The notes under the pieces are model-generated. The model did no database searches, was not told where the DNA came from, and saw only the letters and a list, made by a program, of their open reading frames with translations. From Chlamydiota bacterium (GTDB taxonomy: Bacteria > Chlamydiota > Chlamydiia > Chlamydiales > JABDDJ01): DNA of 64,000 bases. Shown piece by piece: positions 62,603-64,000 of this stretch (position 1 is the stretch's first letter; each line of letters begins with the position of its first letter). The translations under genes were made by a program, and so were the position numbers. The stretch spans positions 1,441 through 65,440 of the forward strand of contig JABDDJ010000006.1 in NCBI GenBank assembly GCA_013287645.1, read 5' to 3'.

Positions 62603-63931
62603 TCAGCTGGAAAGAAAAGCTTGAATTTTGGAAAACTCGGGAAGCTCTTTTGCACAAAAAGATTGCCACTCTTTAAGTCTTTTAACATCAATTTTTCGAT
62701 CAGCAAAAAGAAATTCTGCGCTTGTTAGCAAAATCATTCTTCCTTCATGCGTAGTCATATCAATGTTGTAAAAGTCCTTATTCTTCAGCCACACATTGGC
62801 AATAAACTGATTAAAATCGTTATCTCCAGTAATATGCAGTGGCAAGCCTGGGTATCCTGCAATCTTAGGGGTTTTATAATGATCAAAGACAAAGTTTAAG
62901 ATATGCTGAAAAGGCTTATAATGTTCTATACCGCTATGATCTCTCAGAAATTTACTTAATCTCATTAGTTTATCTAGAGGCATTAGAGCAGACTTTAGTT
63001 CAATAATTGTATCTTCAACGTATTTTAGAGCCTGTTTGACAGGCTCTCCAGCTGTGCGTTTATCAAACTCCTCCTGAGATTCAAATTGCCTTGGTTTCAG
63101 TATTTTGCTTACCAACCAAAGATGCATCGATGAAAATCGTTCATTTTTGAGCAGTACAGAATAAATTAAATCCGCATCTAGTGTAGAAAGAATTTTTTCA
63201 AATTTTTCACAAAAATCCTTTAATTCAAGATCCTTCATGCGGATACAGCATGCCAGAAATGTGATTTGCTTATCTTCCAATTTTTCTTCTACTTCCGATT
63301 TCGCACACCTATATTTTCTTACATTTATTACACTTTCTAGTGCAGAATATCTTTCAATTTCGAGTATTTTCATTGCCTTATGAAGAGAGTAATTTTCTGA
63401 AGAGATATTCCCCAATAAACAACAGCAAGTATCAAACCTTGTCAGAGCAACCTGAGAAGCATTGACAATTTGGTGATCCAATGTGCGTTTGGATCGGTGA
63501 TACGCTTCACCTAAATAGACGAGTCCCCAATCCAATGTTTTATATTTATTATGAAGATAAGGAATGAAATCTTCATTGCGTACCTTGAGTTGAGTTAATT
63601 CAGGTGCATAAGAGGTTAAAAAATCAAAAAAATCAGAAATATGTTTAGCGTCATCACTACAGCACCAACCAAACCGACTCGCAATAAACGAGGGAGTCCA
63701 TTGATAAACGTAGCCAGTATTTTGAGGAACAAATCTGAGAGTAGTAAGATTTAAGGAGAGAGGTTTGACTAAATCCATTTTATCACGATCTATACAATTC
63801 TCAGTGAGAGCATTTTCGCCGATAGCATTAATGTTATCTAATATGAGATCTTTAATTTTGTTAACATCTTCCTGGGTATTTAGATTTAGCTTAGTAGCGA
63901 AACTTAAAAATACATTGGATGTCGAGCCCAT
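62603..63931 (-). CDS. orphan family protein, tandem paralogue 2
   Basis: 442 aa. Shared blocks DVNKIKDLIL, DDAKHI.DF.DFLTSYAPELT, FSSMHLWL, HYKPFQHILNFV, GYPGLPL and MTTHEGRM.LL.SAEFLF. Confidence 0.6.
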   Translation of the reverse strand: MGSTSNVFLSFATKLNLNTQEDVNKIKDLILDNINAIGENALTENCIDRDKMDLVKPLSLNLTTLRFVPQNTGYVYQWTPSFIASRFGWCCSDDAKHISDFFDFLTSYAPELTQLKVRNEDFIPYLHNKYKTLDWGLVYLGEAYHRSKRTLDHQIVNASQVALTRFDTCCCLLGNISSENYSLHKAMKILEIERYSALESVINVRKYRCAKSEVEEKLEDKQITFLACCIRMKDLELKDFCEKFEKILSTLDADLIYSVLLKNERFSSMHLWLVSKILKPRQFESQEEFDKRTAGEPVKQALKYVEDTIIELKSALMPLDKLMRLSKFLRDHSGIEHYKPFQHILNFVFDHYKTPKIAGYPGLPLHITGDNDFNQFIANVWLKNKDFYNIDMTTHEGRMILLTSAEFLFADRKIDVKRLKEWQSFCAKELPEFSKIQAFLSS

Positions 63932-63946
63932 GGTTTTATCCTCCTG

Positions 63947-64000
63947 TTAGGAAAAAATGGCTTGCAATTCTGGAACATGTGGTATTGCATCTGCAAAGTA
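63947..64000 (-). CDS. C-terminal end of a third tandem paralogue (partial, runs off the window)
   Basis: The reverse translation ...YFADAIPHVPELQAIFS* parallels the C-termini FCAKELPEFSKIQAFLSS* and FCAKELPYFPKILNCI*. Confidence 0.45.
   Translation of the reverse strand, partial: YFADAIPHVPELQAIFS

Overview
This is an AT-rich bacterial chromosome segment with about 55 protein genes and one tRNA-Pro(GGG). Several features suggest an environmental, amoeba-associated member of the Chlamydiae: thrS-parA-pGP6-D-like synteny, cysteine-rich outer-membrane proteins and many orphan secreted proteins. That taxonomic call is my inference.

Housekeeping genes I recognise:
- a HIT hydrolase
- dpaL, a GntR regulator and an M20 peptidase
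- ung, tatA/tatC, parA and thrS
- recC-recB-recD
- mutM and a CDA-fold deaminase

Accessory content worth a second look:
1. An 11-kb module is built around a giant BclA-like collagen-repeat protein of about 435 Gly-X-Y triplets with a C-terminal head domain. It is flanked by GT2, GT25, propeller-domain and methyltransferase genes. I rate this the best candidate for an undescribed glycosylated surface or inclusion fibre system.
2. A single-module FkbH-ACP-C-A-PCP-TE NRPS hybrid sits next to a secreted protein with a caspase-like His/Cys dyad.
3. An ~8.6-kb integrase element is inserted in tRNA-Pro. It has a 48-nt att direct repeat and duplicated arm-type sites, and carries dinD, alpA and an MTase-ada-ICL/PEPM-like cargo operon.
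4. A 192-bp relic of the ada 3' end lies 13.84 kb away from the intact gene, interleaved with the tRNA repeats.
5. A ~7-kb block (3' end of recC through 47.6 kb) has extreme C>>G composition on the coding strand.
6. An operon encodes a GT32/DXD glycosyltransferase plus at least three tandem paralogues of an orphan ~440-aa family.

I saw no CRISPR array, rRNA or transposase. All calls come from reading the translations and the DNA by eye. Domain boundaries are approximate, and no database search was run.
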